Shown: piece after piece, positions 1-13,299 of the stretch | Numbering within the stretch: the first letter of the stretch is position 1 | Layout of the letters: every line of letters starts with the position of its first letter | Source of the DNA: the human T2T-CHM13v2.0 reference genome, Homo sapiens | DNA length: 64,000 bases | Direction: 5' to 3' (one strand) | Assembly: GCF_009914755.1 (NCBI RefSeq) | Contig: NC_060928.1 | Program-made: the position numbers and the translations under genes | Notes under the pieces: model-generated | The model's input: the letters and a program-made list of their open reading frames with translations, nothing else | Told to the model about the DNA's origin: nothing | The model's database searches: none

Positions 1-1998
1 CTAAAAGAACATTCTCCTTTAGAATGAAAAATGACTCTGCAAAGTAGTCTTTTAATATGGTTAGTTCTTCTGTGTCTTACTAGGGTAAGAATTTCAGTCA
101 TCAAAAGGAAAGAAATTTTCTAAATAATGATTATTCAACACAGAAAAGCCAGATATTTTATCTGGCAAACAGTTTTTTTTTTTCCCCTGCAATTTCATCT
201 GTAAAAAACAGGTAAAGTTTTATTATTAGATATAAATTATTATTATTATTATTTTTCATTCTGAGCATAAAGGAGTTATTTTTGTTACTTATGCCCTTGA
301 TAGAATCACAACCAGTTGCCTGATGGAATATAATCCACAGCTACCTATATAATCTGGGCGTGCTGTGATTTTAATGCGTTGTTGCCCAGACTGGCTGGAT
401 GCTATTAATGAATATTGCTGCCAGCTATTGTTATCATAATGTACCGGATGTAGTCATTTCTATTAATGTTACATATCCATAACATGACTTGTTATAGCAA
501 TACTTTGTATCTTTATTTAAAAATGGTGTTGATGTCTGACAATATCAGGTAAAGCTGGCAATTAATGTCACATTCTAACTGGCTACAGCTAATCAGCTTG
601 CCTACTCTGAATATCAAATAACTAAATAATGGGCAAATTTCCATTTGTGAAGCTTTTTAATGCTTTTCTTTTGTTACCCATTTGGCTCTTTTCAGTTGTT
701 TATATAATGTGGTTTGTCATATGTTAATTTGCATGATGGGGTAAGGAGATGGGAGGGCAAAGGTTATTCACATGCTTGCTGGCTTGCTCTCATTTCCTGT
801 GGTTCTCACTTTCCCTGAAGCAGTTATAACCTATCAGATTTGCAAAGTCAACTCAGTACAAATCAATCGTGCTCTGTATTGAAATTCTGGAGGGTTTAGA
901 GTCCTGCAAACCACGATGCAAGTCAGTGATCCAAGTGACAGCCCTGGCAATTTACTTGCACTCATTCCTTACTTAATTCTTTAGAGGAGTAACTGCTCTA
1001 TGCTCATTGAAGAATGCATGAATTAGAATTGGGAGAGTATAGGCCACACAAAAGGCATCTGGGTAACTGCTTCTTAAAACTGGGTAATTTTCTCCTTCAA
1101 CAATCAAGGCTACTGAGGAAAAAAAAAAATTGGAAAGAAGAGGAAAACCCACAAATGAATTTATAAAAATTTGGCTTATTTATTTAAACATGGTGGATGA
1201 ACTGTTATTAGTTATTCATTTTATCACCAGGAAATAATGTTTGGTGTGTAACAGGAGTTGCTGCTATCCTTTTGCCCAGAAAGACATCACTCTCTATGCA
1301 AACAAACAAACAGAAATATACTTCTTAACCCACCAAAGTTTCTATCATTTGTTTTTTGGTCAAAACTGTCAAAATAAATTCTTCAAGAAATAAAAGCAGT
1401 GATTAATCAGAAAATCACATCCTTTCAATCAGTAGCTAGTTATCTCTAGTATGTGCCCATTAGAATCAAAGAGTCATAATGAATGGGCATTTCTTTTTTC
1501 CTGATAAATAGAAGTTTTTGTATATATGAAGAACATATGATTTGTGGTGTACATTAACCGTTTATATTATCTGTAAACCACAAATAATCTATCTTTGAAA
1601 AATGGGTTCCAAACTTCTGATGCAATTTCCTTAACTTCATGTCTTTGTCACCCATAAATTCATAACTAACCTAATGTGAAATGAATCATTTCAAACGAAT
1701 GAAGTATATTGATTTTTACTAATTTCTACGAAATGTATTCAAAGATTTCTTGCTATCATTAACAACTTTATACCATAGAGTTTTCACTTAGGTTGTTCTG
1801 AAAGGATGTTGGCTACTATTTTTTAAGCCATTGCTTGCTTACATTTTGCTGCTGCTTAGCTTTCATTTTCTTCTGAAAAGTAGTGAATGACAAAATAAGG
1901 TGTTTTGTGTAGATGTGTTCTTTTATTTTTCTTGTTTTCTTCTGTCACTAACTTGTTTTTTCTATTCTGTGTTTAATCTGCTGTCTTAATGGATTCAG

Positions 1999-2037
1999 CT
2001 TCAGAAAAGAGAGCGCTCTTGCAGAGCCTATGTCCAG
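1999..2037 (+). CDS. ADGRL3: ADGRL3 39-nt mini-exon (LQKRERSCRAYVQ), phase 0-0
   Basis: ttcag|CTTCAGAAAAGAGAGCGCTCTTGCAGAGCCTATGTCCAG|gtactt. 13 codons, pyrimidine-rich upstream region, CACTAAC branch-like motif at 1946-1952. Joins in frame to AMVETV. Confidence 0.92.
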
Positions 2038-3566
2038 GTACTTTCTGCGTTTTTATAAATGTGTTAAGTTGTTGAATGTCTCTGTTGTGATGGCATGAAT
2101 GGACACCTGATAGAAAAATGATAATGTACCTTACTGAAATAAAGGAATTTCATGGAGGGGGAGAAGGGTGGGAACAGAAAGCATGAAAGCATTGGCAGTG
2201 CCAATGCTCTGTCAAACAAGAGGAACACAGACTGAGAAGGAGGTGCAACTTGAGGTGTGAACTTTTTCATCATCACCAAGAGGTGAGTTGGGTATAATCT
2301 ATAAAATCCCTATTTTTTTCATAGAGGTGGGTTTGAAAACATTTCATTTTTTCATTGGGTCAGCCAATATTTGAGTAGCAAGTCATTCAGAAATGAAACT
2401 AAATCAGTCTTATAAGACAACAAGTAATCCAGGATACTTGGAATATCATGCTTCTGTTCCTTAGTAGAGCTGTTTATTGGTTCAAGGCACGATTGTGACT
2501 ATCTTACTCTCTTACTTATTGCAAAAACTGTAATCCCAATGTAAATGTACTTTGTTTCGGCTGACATGTTCTAATTTGTAAGCATGTTGTAATTTATAAG
2601 CAATAAACCATACCTATGTTTATGGATTTTGTATGACAGAGAACAACCTTAGAAGCAAGCTCTCTAGTTTTTTGTTTTGTTTTGTTTTATAAGAAATGAA
2701 GGAAAGAAACAAAGAAGGCAGGAGGAAATATGAAAATGTTTAGCTGTAAACTTTATTCTACATGTATACATTTCACAGCATTTTTAAAAAGGCCATCTGC
2801 ATTTATAAAGAGATACCCTCAAGAACCAAATTAATGGGTATGAGATTGGCAGTTTAAAAACAAAACTTTATCAGTTAATTTGCAGGTGAACATAATATCA
2901 AGGTGTTTACTTTTTTTAACCAAAACTCTTAAGTTAGGTTGATATAAATAGTAAAAATTGATTTGTTTGTTTATGCCTTTCCAATGATCTGAATATTCAC
3001 ATCCGCTATCCTCGGTAGTACAGAATTGAGAACTGGATTTATAATTAGAAAGTGACTTAGTGAGCATAAAATCATAGCAAAAGGAATTGGATAGCCTTGG
3101 GGCAAACTTAGTCAGATTATGAAAAGCACAATACAGTAGACTTTTTAATGAATGGAAATATCTCTGTGTGCCAGCTATAATCATTTGCTTAATTCTGGCT
3201 GGCAAATTCTTTTTCTTGCAGCTATCCCATTTGTAAATTCTATACATGAATATCTTGATATCCTCAACAAATATTAGTGAACAAGGCAAATATAATACAG
3301 TCCCTGTCTAGGATTTTACTATCTAGGAGAAAATATTGATGAATAAATGTTAGTACACTAACACTTCAGAGGAATGAAAATGCGGTTGAGTAGATTCAGC
3401 TTTCTTTGGATATACTCTCGTTCTGGAAATGTATACTGATCACTTTGATTGGATTTGGTGTCTTCCAAGTCTCCTGAGCAACACAAGAACACATTACAAA
3501 TGTTCCCTATAAGTCAGCTAAATTTGTAGTTGGCCAAACGTGTCTATTACGATTATGCGTGGTTTC

Positions 3567-4197
3567 CGTAGGGAAGGAAAGATTTCTTTTCCTGATCTAT
3601 AGCTAGGTTCATGACTCAGGCCCCTATAACAAAAGACAGGTTAACAAGAGACAAACATACAAATTTATTTTATATAAGTTTTATGTGAGATAGCAGCATT
3701 TGGGAATGACCCCAAGAAACAGAAAAACTTGTATTTTTTATGTGTAGGTTTGATAAAGAGTAGACAGTCATGGGAAAGTGCAACTGGACAAAGGGGGAAT
3801 TATCTAATGGTAATACATGGGAGGGGGAACTTAGCAAGGCATTTGTTCAGATTCTTCTGGGCATCTCTGTGTCTTGGGATCCTTCCTTGCAGGTATAGGG
3901 AGATGTGAGTTAGGTTGATGTAAATGCTAAAAACCAATTTGTTCATTTATGCCTTTCCAATGATCTGAATATTCACATTCCACTATCCTTCTGGGTAGTA
4001 TAGAATTGAGAATTGAATATTCTCTAAGGAGAATATTATGATCTGATTCAGGGGAAGGTTAGAAAATTCTTGCTCAGTTGTTTGGTTTGCATCAGGAGAA
4101 AAAGGCAGGGTAAAGATGAGAGTTACCTTCCTGCTTTTGCTGTTTTCTCAAATGCCAATGTGCCGTATTTTGGAGTCACATGTCCTGAGTCTCATCA
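3567..4197. mobile_element. Solo ERV1-class LTR-like element (subfamily uncertain)
   Basis: (C/T)GTAGGG...CATCA termini with an approximate 4-bp flank match (tttc/attc). Internal text resembles old ERV1 LTRs. Interrupted by a local duplication. Confidence 0.4.
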
Positions 4198-4540
4198 ATT
4201 CTTATTACTTTAATCTCAGCATTGTTTTGCAGAATGAGCAATTAGAAACTTAAAAACCAGAGTGAAAAAAATATTATTTTATTCTTGCGCATTTCATTCT
4301 GAATGTGAAGTGAAGCCATTAGAATAAGGCTAATAAAGGCATTTTGTGAAAATATTATTTAAAAGGAAAAGGAGAATTTCAACATTGAACAGAGATTAGG
4401 AAGATAAACTTTTAATTTGCATTTTATTTTATAAAATAATGAATCTTTTTGTATAAGAAACTGTTCAGGTTTATTTTTCTAAGGTTTTGGGGAAAAATTG
4501 CTTTGGGAGGTATATATAGGTGTGTTTATATACATATACA

Positions 4541-4615
4541 TATATATCTGTATATATAAATATATATCAATATATATCTGTATATATAAATATATATCAA
4601 TATATATCTATATAT
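4541..4615. repeat. TA-rich tandem repeat, 30-bp unit x ~2.5
   Basis: TATATATCTGTATATATAAATATATATCAA repeated directly. Confidence 0.85.
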
Positions 4616-5650
4616 GACCTATACTCTAAGTGAATGCAATAGGTAGAGAAATCAAAATATCCTTTACCATCAAAAGCTGAAGATCATTTCTGAGCTGAGC
4701 AATGTTAGGATTGTTTTTGATTGCAATCTATGCTATCCTTTTAATGGGGCCTTTGGGATAATTAGTCTTTTGGTATTTAAACCTATGAAACACATGGTCA
4801 TTCAAACATGAATCTCTGGTGGAAAATTAATAGCAGTTTATTCAGTGGTTGATTTCCTGGGTTATAATTGACTGACTATGAATAAATGTTTCAGCTATTG
4901 AGTAAACATCTTATAAGACCAAATACAAACAGAATATTGGTGAATCAGAAATGCTCTGCTAATACATTGCACTACCTCTCTTCCTCTTAATGTAGATCAT
5001 TATTCCATGAAATTCCAGAGTGAATAATCCTTTAAACTTTAGTCTATTTGCATTTTAAAGACTTGTTTTATGTGTCCTATTTCTATTTTCAGAGTACATT
5101 CAGAGCTACCTACGAAATAGGTGTGAAATATGCTTGAAGTGCTTTAGGCATTAAATTTGAAATAAGATGATTTCTAAGTCATCATAATTGTTTTTTTTTT
5201 AATATAGCCTTTTCATAAGCGCAAGCAATGAATCTTTTAGGGTTGATTTTGGCTGTCTAAATCCATTTAGATGTCAATTACTTAGAAGTTCAGTGTCTAT
5301 TTTATGAATTATCCAGAGTTATCTTTTGTATGTTCTGACTTTTAACCTTTTGTTTATCTCACACACAAATGAAAGCACAGTGAAATTTTAACTATCAGTT
5401 GTCAACTATGATAACTGACCTGTAGTTGTACAATTAAAAGTGGCTGGTGTGATATTTTAAATAATATGTGAATCTCCTAAAAGCCATTATGTTTGCATCC
5501 CAAGAGTTTTAACAACAAAAAAAATTGAGTTTAATATACATATTTTAATTTTAATTGTAATTTTAGATTTGTGTTGAGAATCACAAGATATAAATTGATA
5601 TGTGTCATAGTAAAACATATTACTTCCATATCTTAGACACAATGACATGG

Positions 5651-5761
5651 GCCTACATAGCCCCAGCTACTTGAGAAGCCAAGGTAGAAGGATTTTTTGA
5701 GCCCAGGAGTTCGAATATAGCCTGGGGAGCATAGTGAAAACCATGTCTCTTAAAAAAAAAA
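5651..5761 (+). mobile_element. Alu monomer (FLAM/FAM-like) fragment
   Basis: cccagctacttgag...gagcccaggagttcga...catagtgaaaaccatgtctct followed by an A tail. Confidence 0.7.
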
Positions 5762-5971
5762 TAGAGAGTTTTAAGTTTTATACTAGAGAAAACAAGTAAG
5801 GCTTGTGTTACACATGCATATCCTTATAGATGAAGATGAGATAGTGTACTGGCCCAAGGCCACACAAGTAGCACTGATGGTACCATTGCTTCTCTCCTGA
5901 CATGTGTCCTATGCTGCTTCAACACCATGACTAAGAATAACAGTGATTTGTTATTAAGAATAAATTAATTT

Positions 5972-6500
<529 letters not shown>

Positions 6501-6999
6501 ACTGTTACTTGCAGGACTGACCTCATCTTTTGGTGATAGGAGGCAAGACATATCATTAGGTTTATGTTTGTTGATTTTTTGCACTGTATTTCAGGGATGG
6601 AATGCAGTACAACAATTTTTTTCAATCTCTTTTTTGAGACAGAGGTAAAATGGTATGTGATAATTATTTTGTGCTGCCATATTAAGGTCATATCCAAATA
6701 TAATTTGCTTTGAGGTCTTTTTACTTTCAGAGGAGACTCTGATGAAAAAGTTACCATCTTAAGAGAATAAAAAACCAGCAGAAAGATATAGTAACTATGT
6801 TAAAGGAGGAACTGTCTGTTTTCCAGAGACAGTACTATTTTCCACCAGCAATATATGAGGATTCCAGTTGCTCCACAACCTCACCAACACATGTGATTTT
6901 CTGTCTTTCTTATTATAGCCATGCTAGTATTTGTGAATTGCAGAAGTTCTTGACTCTAGTCATGGGATGGGGGGCAAGAAAGCAGGAAATGAATTACCG

Positions 7000-7980
7000 A
7001 GGTGATATTTGAGCAAAACTCAGAAGGAGATAAAAGGAGTCAACTATGCTGATATGCAGGAGCGAGCATTTTAGCAGAGAGAACAGAAAGTTCCTGAAAT
7101 GGAAATATTCCTGTTGGTGATGAAGGAGGCTAGTGCAACAGGAACAGAGTGAAAAAGAGGATCACAGGGTGTGAGCCTGTGGTAGTTCAAGGCCCAGATT
7201 CTGATAGATCATTGTAAGGACTTCAGCTTTTATTCAGAAAAGCCTAGTAAACAAACCACTGCAGGTTTCTGAGGAGGGCTAACTCTCTGATGCGTGTTAC
7301 AAGTGGACAGTAGCCAACAGCAAGAAAAGTAAGGGCCGAAGCTGGGTTACCATTTGGGTAATGACAGCCACTTGGATTAGCATATTAGTGCGGGATACTG
7401 AGGTAATTATTCGGATTCAGAGGTTTTTAAAAAAATGAAATAAGATTTGCTAAGAGATTGTATAGAGTTTTCAGAGAAAAAGAGGAGTTGAAATGACAGA
7501 ATGCTTTTTGCCTGAGCAATTGGAAGGATGAAGTCGTGGTTTGTTGAGATGGTCTATTTGCAACCAATTTGGGAGGGGCAGAAAGAGAACTCCACTATGG
7601 CTCATGCTAAGTTTGAGATTCTTATTAGACATGCAATATAGATGTTAAATATGTCATTAAATATACAAGCATGGTGTTCAATTGTGAGATTAGCCTAGAA
7701 ATAATTATTTGGTAGTGTTTTACTTAGAGTGGCATTTGAAATCAATGTTCTAGATGAATTCATCAAGGGGATGAGTGTAAAGAGAGAAAAGAAAAGAATC
7801 TAGAACTGAGCCCCAGGACACTGTAATATGAAGAGGTTGGGGAAATGCAGAGAAGCCAGCAATAGAGACTAAAAAACAGGCTTAAGGAATGAGGAGCACC
7901 AGGAGAGCATGGTATCCTGGAAATCAACTGAAGTTATTGCAGAGAGGATGAAATGATGTGAAGCACTGCTGAATCTGCTC
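7000..7980 (-). mobile_element. L2 LINE fragment
   Basis: Purine-rich L2-like text, e.g. tttgcctgagcaattggaaggatgaagt, aagtttgagattcttattagacatgcaa, agaactgagccccagg. Confidence 0.6.
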
Positions 7981-9789
7981 AGAAATGCTGATACAGCTTT
8001 TCAAAGATAAAAGTAATGTCAACTTTTGATAATTAAAAAGATTCCAAAGCCCACATGTCTACATTATTACATGCAATATCTAAACATTTTTGCCCATTCT
8101 TTTCAACTTTTTTGTATTAATGCACACTTTCTGTGAACCAAAATTGCTATTGCACCTTTGACAAAGTGCAAATTGAATTATGCCAGTTTTACTTGCGTGC
8201 CTTTGGTGCATAAGACAAGAAGGATTCTAAGCTCCATTTATACTGCTAGGAAGAAATTAATGAGTATTTTCAAGTTCCTTGTTTGGTCACTTAATTGGCT
8301 ATGTGACAAAGAGCTCTGTGGTGCATGTCAAACAACTTTCAGAGTCCTCTAATGATTTGTGCGTTGCTTGACTTGTGATACTATTCTGTGTGGCCTGTCA
8401 GGCTGGATGTCCTTGTTAAAGTGGCTAGAATAAATTGGCTAGCAGTGTGCATACAATGTAGTATATTAACTGCAGCAACAGGGAGTACTTTTAGCAGCTC
8501 TTTCAAGAGATTTCGATGTTTGCCCATAAGCATCAAAGCCAACCCAAACTTTCATTTAATATAATTAAAAGGACATCTGAAAGTAGTTTGAATCACAGCA
8601 GGTTCTTGTGGTTTGGTAACCCTTTGTTAAAACCCTGTGAACTTAATATATTTCACAGCTTGATAAATCTGCACTTGATTTATGTCAGTAAGAGAGAAAA
8701 TATAAATCTGCACCCTGCATGTTTCTGGTGCCCTAAACCTATTGTTAAAAGACATTGAGATCAAAGAAAGTGACTTCTATCTACAAAACCAGAGTACTGT
8801 AGTTTTTTTCAGATAAAGAATGGTTATAAGAATTCCTTTCTATAAGTTGTAGACATTAAACGCTACTACATACAAAGCAATCATTGAATCAGAAGAGTAA
8901 AATCATATGTAATGTAAGCAGAGTAATTCATACAGGTATTATTGAAGAATGTGAACAGGTCAAGTTGTAAATCTAATGATTTAAAAACTTCCAAAGGACA
9001 ATGACAGATGTTGATCATGGAGATTCTGCATTGACGTGGAAAGAACATCATTCTGGGAATCTCTCACAATTCCCCTGGCGAATGTGTCAGGTTAGATAGA
9101 AATGGCTGCTTTAGAAAGCCATTTCTGCCTCCTCCATTTTGCACATTTCCTGTAAATAAACAAATGTTCCAGCTGCTGTTTGTATATACATGGTTTGTGA
9201 ATGCCTCAGAAAGTAATTCTAATGAGGGTATGGGAAAAGTGTCTTTCTGTTTTTAAATAAAATGTTTTCATCTAAAACAAAAATATTTTCTCTCTTCTTT
9301 GCACCAACTTGTATTCTCTTCTCTTATTTAATTTTCTGATCAAAGCCTGGGCCATTATGTAATTGTAAAACTGTTTACTTAAAGCCCATTCTATGCATCA
9401 GTGCTTTCTGAACATAAGTTTACCTTCAGAAAAGTTTTAAATACATAGAATATAAATAGATATTATTTCTATGCAAATGCAAGAGAATACACATCAATTT
9501 ACTTTTCTATTTCTTTAATAGCTTGATGATTACATAGCTATTAAGGTAATTATATTAAGGTAATTAATTAAGGTAAAGGATATTAAAAACAGCATTACAG
9601 ATTTAAGATCCTGCTTTCTGAAACTATCATTAACTTTTTTGGTACAGGTCAGAAAAGCAATGGAAATTTTAAAGTGCAATTTACAGTAAAGTAGTTGTCT
9701 GAGAGCGTGGATCCAAACAAATGATTTTTCAGGACTGCTCCCAGAGTTACAATTTTTATGTTTTCCTTTATCTAATATACGAATCTTGT

Positions 9790-10240
9790 ATAGCTGGTAG
9801 TAACAGAAAGTTAGCTATGGTAGCTTAAACAAACCAGGGCTTTATTCTTGCACATGAAAAATGCAGATGAGGCAGTCCAAGATTAGCTTGGAAACTGCAT
9901 GAAATCATCAGAGACCAAGGCTGCATCTGGTTTTTTGCTCCATTATCTTTAGCACATGGGTTTCCATCCCCAAGATGACAAGATGGCTACTTAGGTTCCA
10001 ATCATCATGTCATGCTAATCTTCTAAAAGGAAGAAGGAAAAGGATAAGTATCAGAAGGATTTGTCCCTTTTAGTACTTTCCAGGAGTCTCTCCAAACTAT
10101 TCCTTATTATATCTTAAGGGCTACCCTATTTGCATGGTTAAATACTTCATTAGTAGGTGCAGCTTTGCAGCTGGGCATAGTGTCCAACGATTCTGTGTCT
10201 AACACAAGAGGGATATTGGGCAACTAGCAGCCTCAGATGC
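9790..10240 (-). mobile_element. Old MaLR LTR (MLT1-type)
   Basis: aacagaaa...agcttaaacaa...catcagagaccaagg...caagatggct pattern typical of MLT1J-N LTRs. Confidence 0.45.
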
Positions 10241-10709
10241 AACGAAAATGCTTTTTCTTTTTCTTATTTAATAACACAGTGAAATCTTATTCAGTTTTAC
10301 TGTAATAAACTACCATAGATTTATGACAATACAAGGGTAACTTTTGAACCCTAGATATAGATAAAAATGTTCTTCTGCTTGTTCTGTTAGTCATAGTTTG
10401 AGATTAATCATTTTGTCTAAAAAAAACTTTTAAAAGCTATTTGAAACTTCTCAGATTGCATTTTTCTACCTTTTAAGTAATTTTTTGAATAGCTAATATA
10501 GACACATGGTATAAAATTCAAAAGATAGAATAATAGCTATTTCTCCCTCCCACTAGAACCTCTGCATTGCTAACTCCAGGGCACGCCACTGACATTTTTG
10601 TCTATTTCAGTGGTGCTCCCTTGCGGTTGCGTAGTTCAACCCTGCCTCTCATTTCTCTCCACAGACTTTCAGCAGTCCTTTTCCAAAGCGTGATCACTGT
10701 TAGCTTTTT

Positions 10710-10985
10710 TGTTGTTGTTGAGTTGGAGTCTTGCTGCCAACAGGCTGGAGTACAGTGGCGTGATCTCGGCTCACTGCAACCTCTGCCTCCCGGGTTCAAG
10801 CGCTTCTCTCCCAAGTAGCTGGGATTACAGGCATGCGCCACCATGCCCAGCTAATTTTTGTATTTTTAGTACAGACAGGGTTTCACTATGTTGGCCAGGA
10901 TGGCCTCCATCTCCTGACCTCGTGATTCATCTGCCTCGGCCTCCCAAAGTGCTGGGATTACAGGTGTGAGCCACCATGCCCGGCC
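10710..10985 (-). mobile_element. AluS (Sc-like) with TSD TGTTAGCTTTTT
   Basis: Reverse Alu. TSD at 10698-10709 and 10986-10997. Confidence 0.92.
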
Positions 10986-11589
10986 TGTTAGCTTTTTAAA
11001 TATCTTACCAGAGAAGACTATTTTTACTCATATCTATATTTTTATACTGTTTCTTTATAAATCTTGTCATACAATCACAAAACAGTGTTGTTCTCCTTGC
11101 TTAGAGAAAAGACTTTGGGGATAACTTGTGGCCGACCCACACAATAGGGTAGCATTCTGCCATGGAAAAGAGTAAATGTGTAGACAGGATCACAAGCTAG
11201 ATTTGGGTAGTGTTTGTATCAGCAGAACAACTTACCTCTTCATCAGTAGGAAATCGGTTGAATAAACTACTAAACTAAATAATGGAATACTTCCTAGCCA
11301 CAGAAACAGTGAGGTAGAACTTGTATTGACTTAGAAAGATAGATGTGATATATTTTCAAGTAAAAATAAACAAGCAAGCCAAAAACAACAGATAACAGCC
11401 TTATTGTCCGGACTGAGTTTGCTCTTATCAATGTGTAAATATTTACAGGTCTAGAGAGACCCACAATAAACTGTCTAAAGTGATTCTTTTTGTATGGAGT
11501 TTTACAGTGTTGTTCTATAAATGGAATTTCAGCTTTTACCATATATACTTCTGTAATTTAAAACTGTTTATAAATATGTCTTTTTAAAA

Positions 11590-11895
11590 CTAATAGATAT
11601 TATTTTTTGAAACAGTTTTAGATTTGTAGAAAAATTGATCAAGTCTTATAGAAAGTTCCCATATACCTCCCACTGACATGAACAGCTTCCTCTATTGTTA
11701 ACATCTTACATTAGTATGGTATATTTATAATAATTAATGAACCAATGTTAATATATTATCATTAACTGAAGTCCACAGTTTACTCAGATTTTTAAATTTA
11801 TTATCTATGTCCTTTTCTGTTTTAGGATCCTATCCAGGATATCATATTACATTTAATTAGCTCTGCTAGGCTGTGGCAGTTTTTCAGACTTTCCA
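11590..11895 (-). mobile_element. Old L1M (L1MC-like) 3' fragment
   Basis: aacagttttagatttgtagaaaaattg...acatcttacattagtatggtatattt...ggatcctatccaggat. Confidence 0.6.
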
Positions 11896-11984
11896 ACAAG
11901 TATGTCCTTTTCAAAGTCTGAAAAATACATTTTTTATTAAAAAATAGTAAACACATATACTTTAAGAAAAGCGTAGATTTATTC

Positions 11985-12450
11985 ATTCATTCAATCAGGC
12001 AGTATTTGTTGAGCTCATTCAGACACTGTTTCAGGCGCAGGGATTCACGGGTGAACACAGAGTTTCTGTCTCGTAGGGCTCAAACCCTAGTTCAGCCTGG
12101 AGTTATGGAGGAAAATAGCCAGTAAATCAGTCAATCAATCAAAGTAATAAAATAAGATTGCAGAAATGCTATTCAAAGAATTAAAACACAGTCATATGAG
12201 TAAATATGACCCATATGAGTAAATATGACCTTTTGATTACTTCACTTCGTGCGGATCAGGGAAGACTTTCTAAGGAAGTGATAGGCAATTCAGCAATGTG
12301 ACTACCTGGAGAAGAGCATTCCAAGATCAAAGGTCACCCAAGGCCAAGATGGTCAAGTGACAAGTGGTTGGAGAGTTCAGGGAATAGAAAGAAGACAAAT
12401 ATGCCTGAAGCAGTGGGTTGAGGGAGAAGGCTATGGAAAAAACTCAAGAG
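11985..12450 (-). mobile_element. L2 3' end fragment
   Basis: ttcattcattcaatc...tatttgttgagc (reverse L2 tail) followed by L2-like body. Confidence 0.55.
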
Positions 12451-13299
12451 TCTGAGTGCTATTAAAATCCTTTGACCAGGGTCATGACATATTTTTTGCA
12501 AAACGACTTTGGCTACAAACTTTGTTTTCCTCTGATACTGATTCTTATAACTTCAGCTATTATCCTTGTGTAGATGATTTAAAAAAGAAAATTAACTGCT
12601 TTACACATTGCCAAATTCTTCTGTTAATCCATTCCACCTACTGTCTGAGTAATGTTTTAAAAATGCAAATCTGATCCTGACTTAACCCTACTCAGCCTGT
12701 CCCTTACTCTCTTTTGCCCTTATAGAAAAAAATCCCTTTTTGAACTACAGTGCTTGAGTATCAGACTCCTGTTGCTAATTTCTCACACCTTTAACTGGCT
12801 CCTCCTCGGATCCTACACTGCCAGGAGATTTAAATACTTTCAGTGCGTGTCTCTGTACCTTTATAGTCACAGTTCCTTCTACTTGGATTAATTCTAGATT
12901 TGTTCTCCTTTCTCCTTCTCTTCATTCCAGTAACTTTGACATATGAAGTCAACACCCACTTCGTATGTCAATTACTCTAAAGAAGCATTCTTTGTCCCAC
13001 TTAGTCTGAATAAATGACCTCTTATGTGAACTTATAACACTCTCAGTTTTCCTCTATTACAGCAATTATCAAGCTGTATTTTAATGTCTCTTCACTCCTC
13101 TATCACTAAGCTGCTTGCGAAGGAACAGTGCCACTTTTATTTCTACATCTTCAGGACCTTTTAAATTGTGCTTAGCACACATTAAGTGGTCTCCAAATAT
13201 TTACTGTTTAATTGAAGCTCCAGGCTCCAATTTCCAATTGCCTACTAGTATGTCCACTGCAGCAGAAATTCTGACAACACTTTTCAACATTTGCCGTTG

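Noticed and set aside
2831-3289. 152-aa minus-strand ORF
   Set aside because: Non-ATG start, AT-rich composition, no recognisable domain or splice context.
4541-4615. Periodic repeat as a CRISPR-like array
   Set aside because: No unique spacers. It is a simple TA-rich tandem repeat in a eukaryotic intron.
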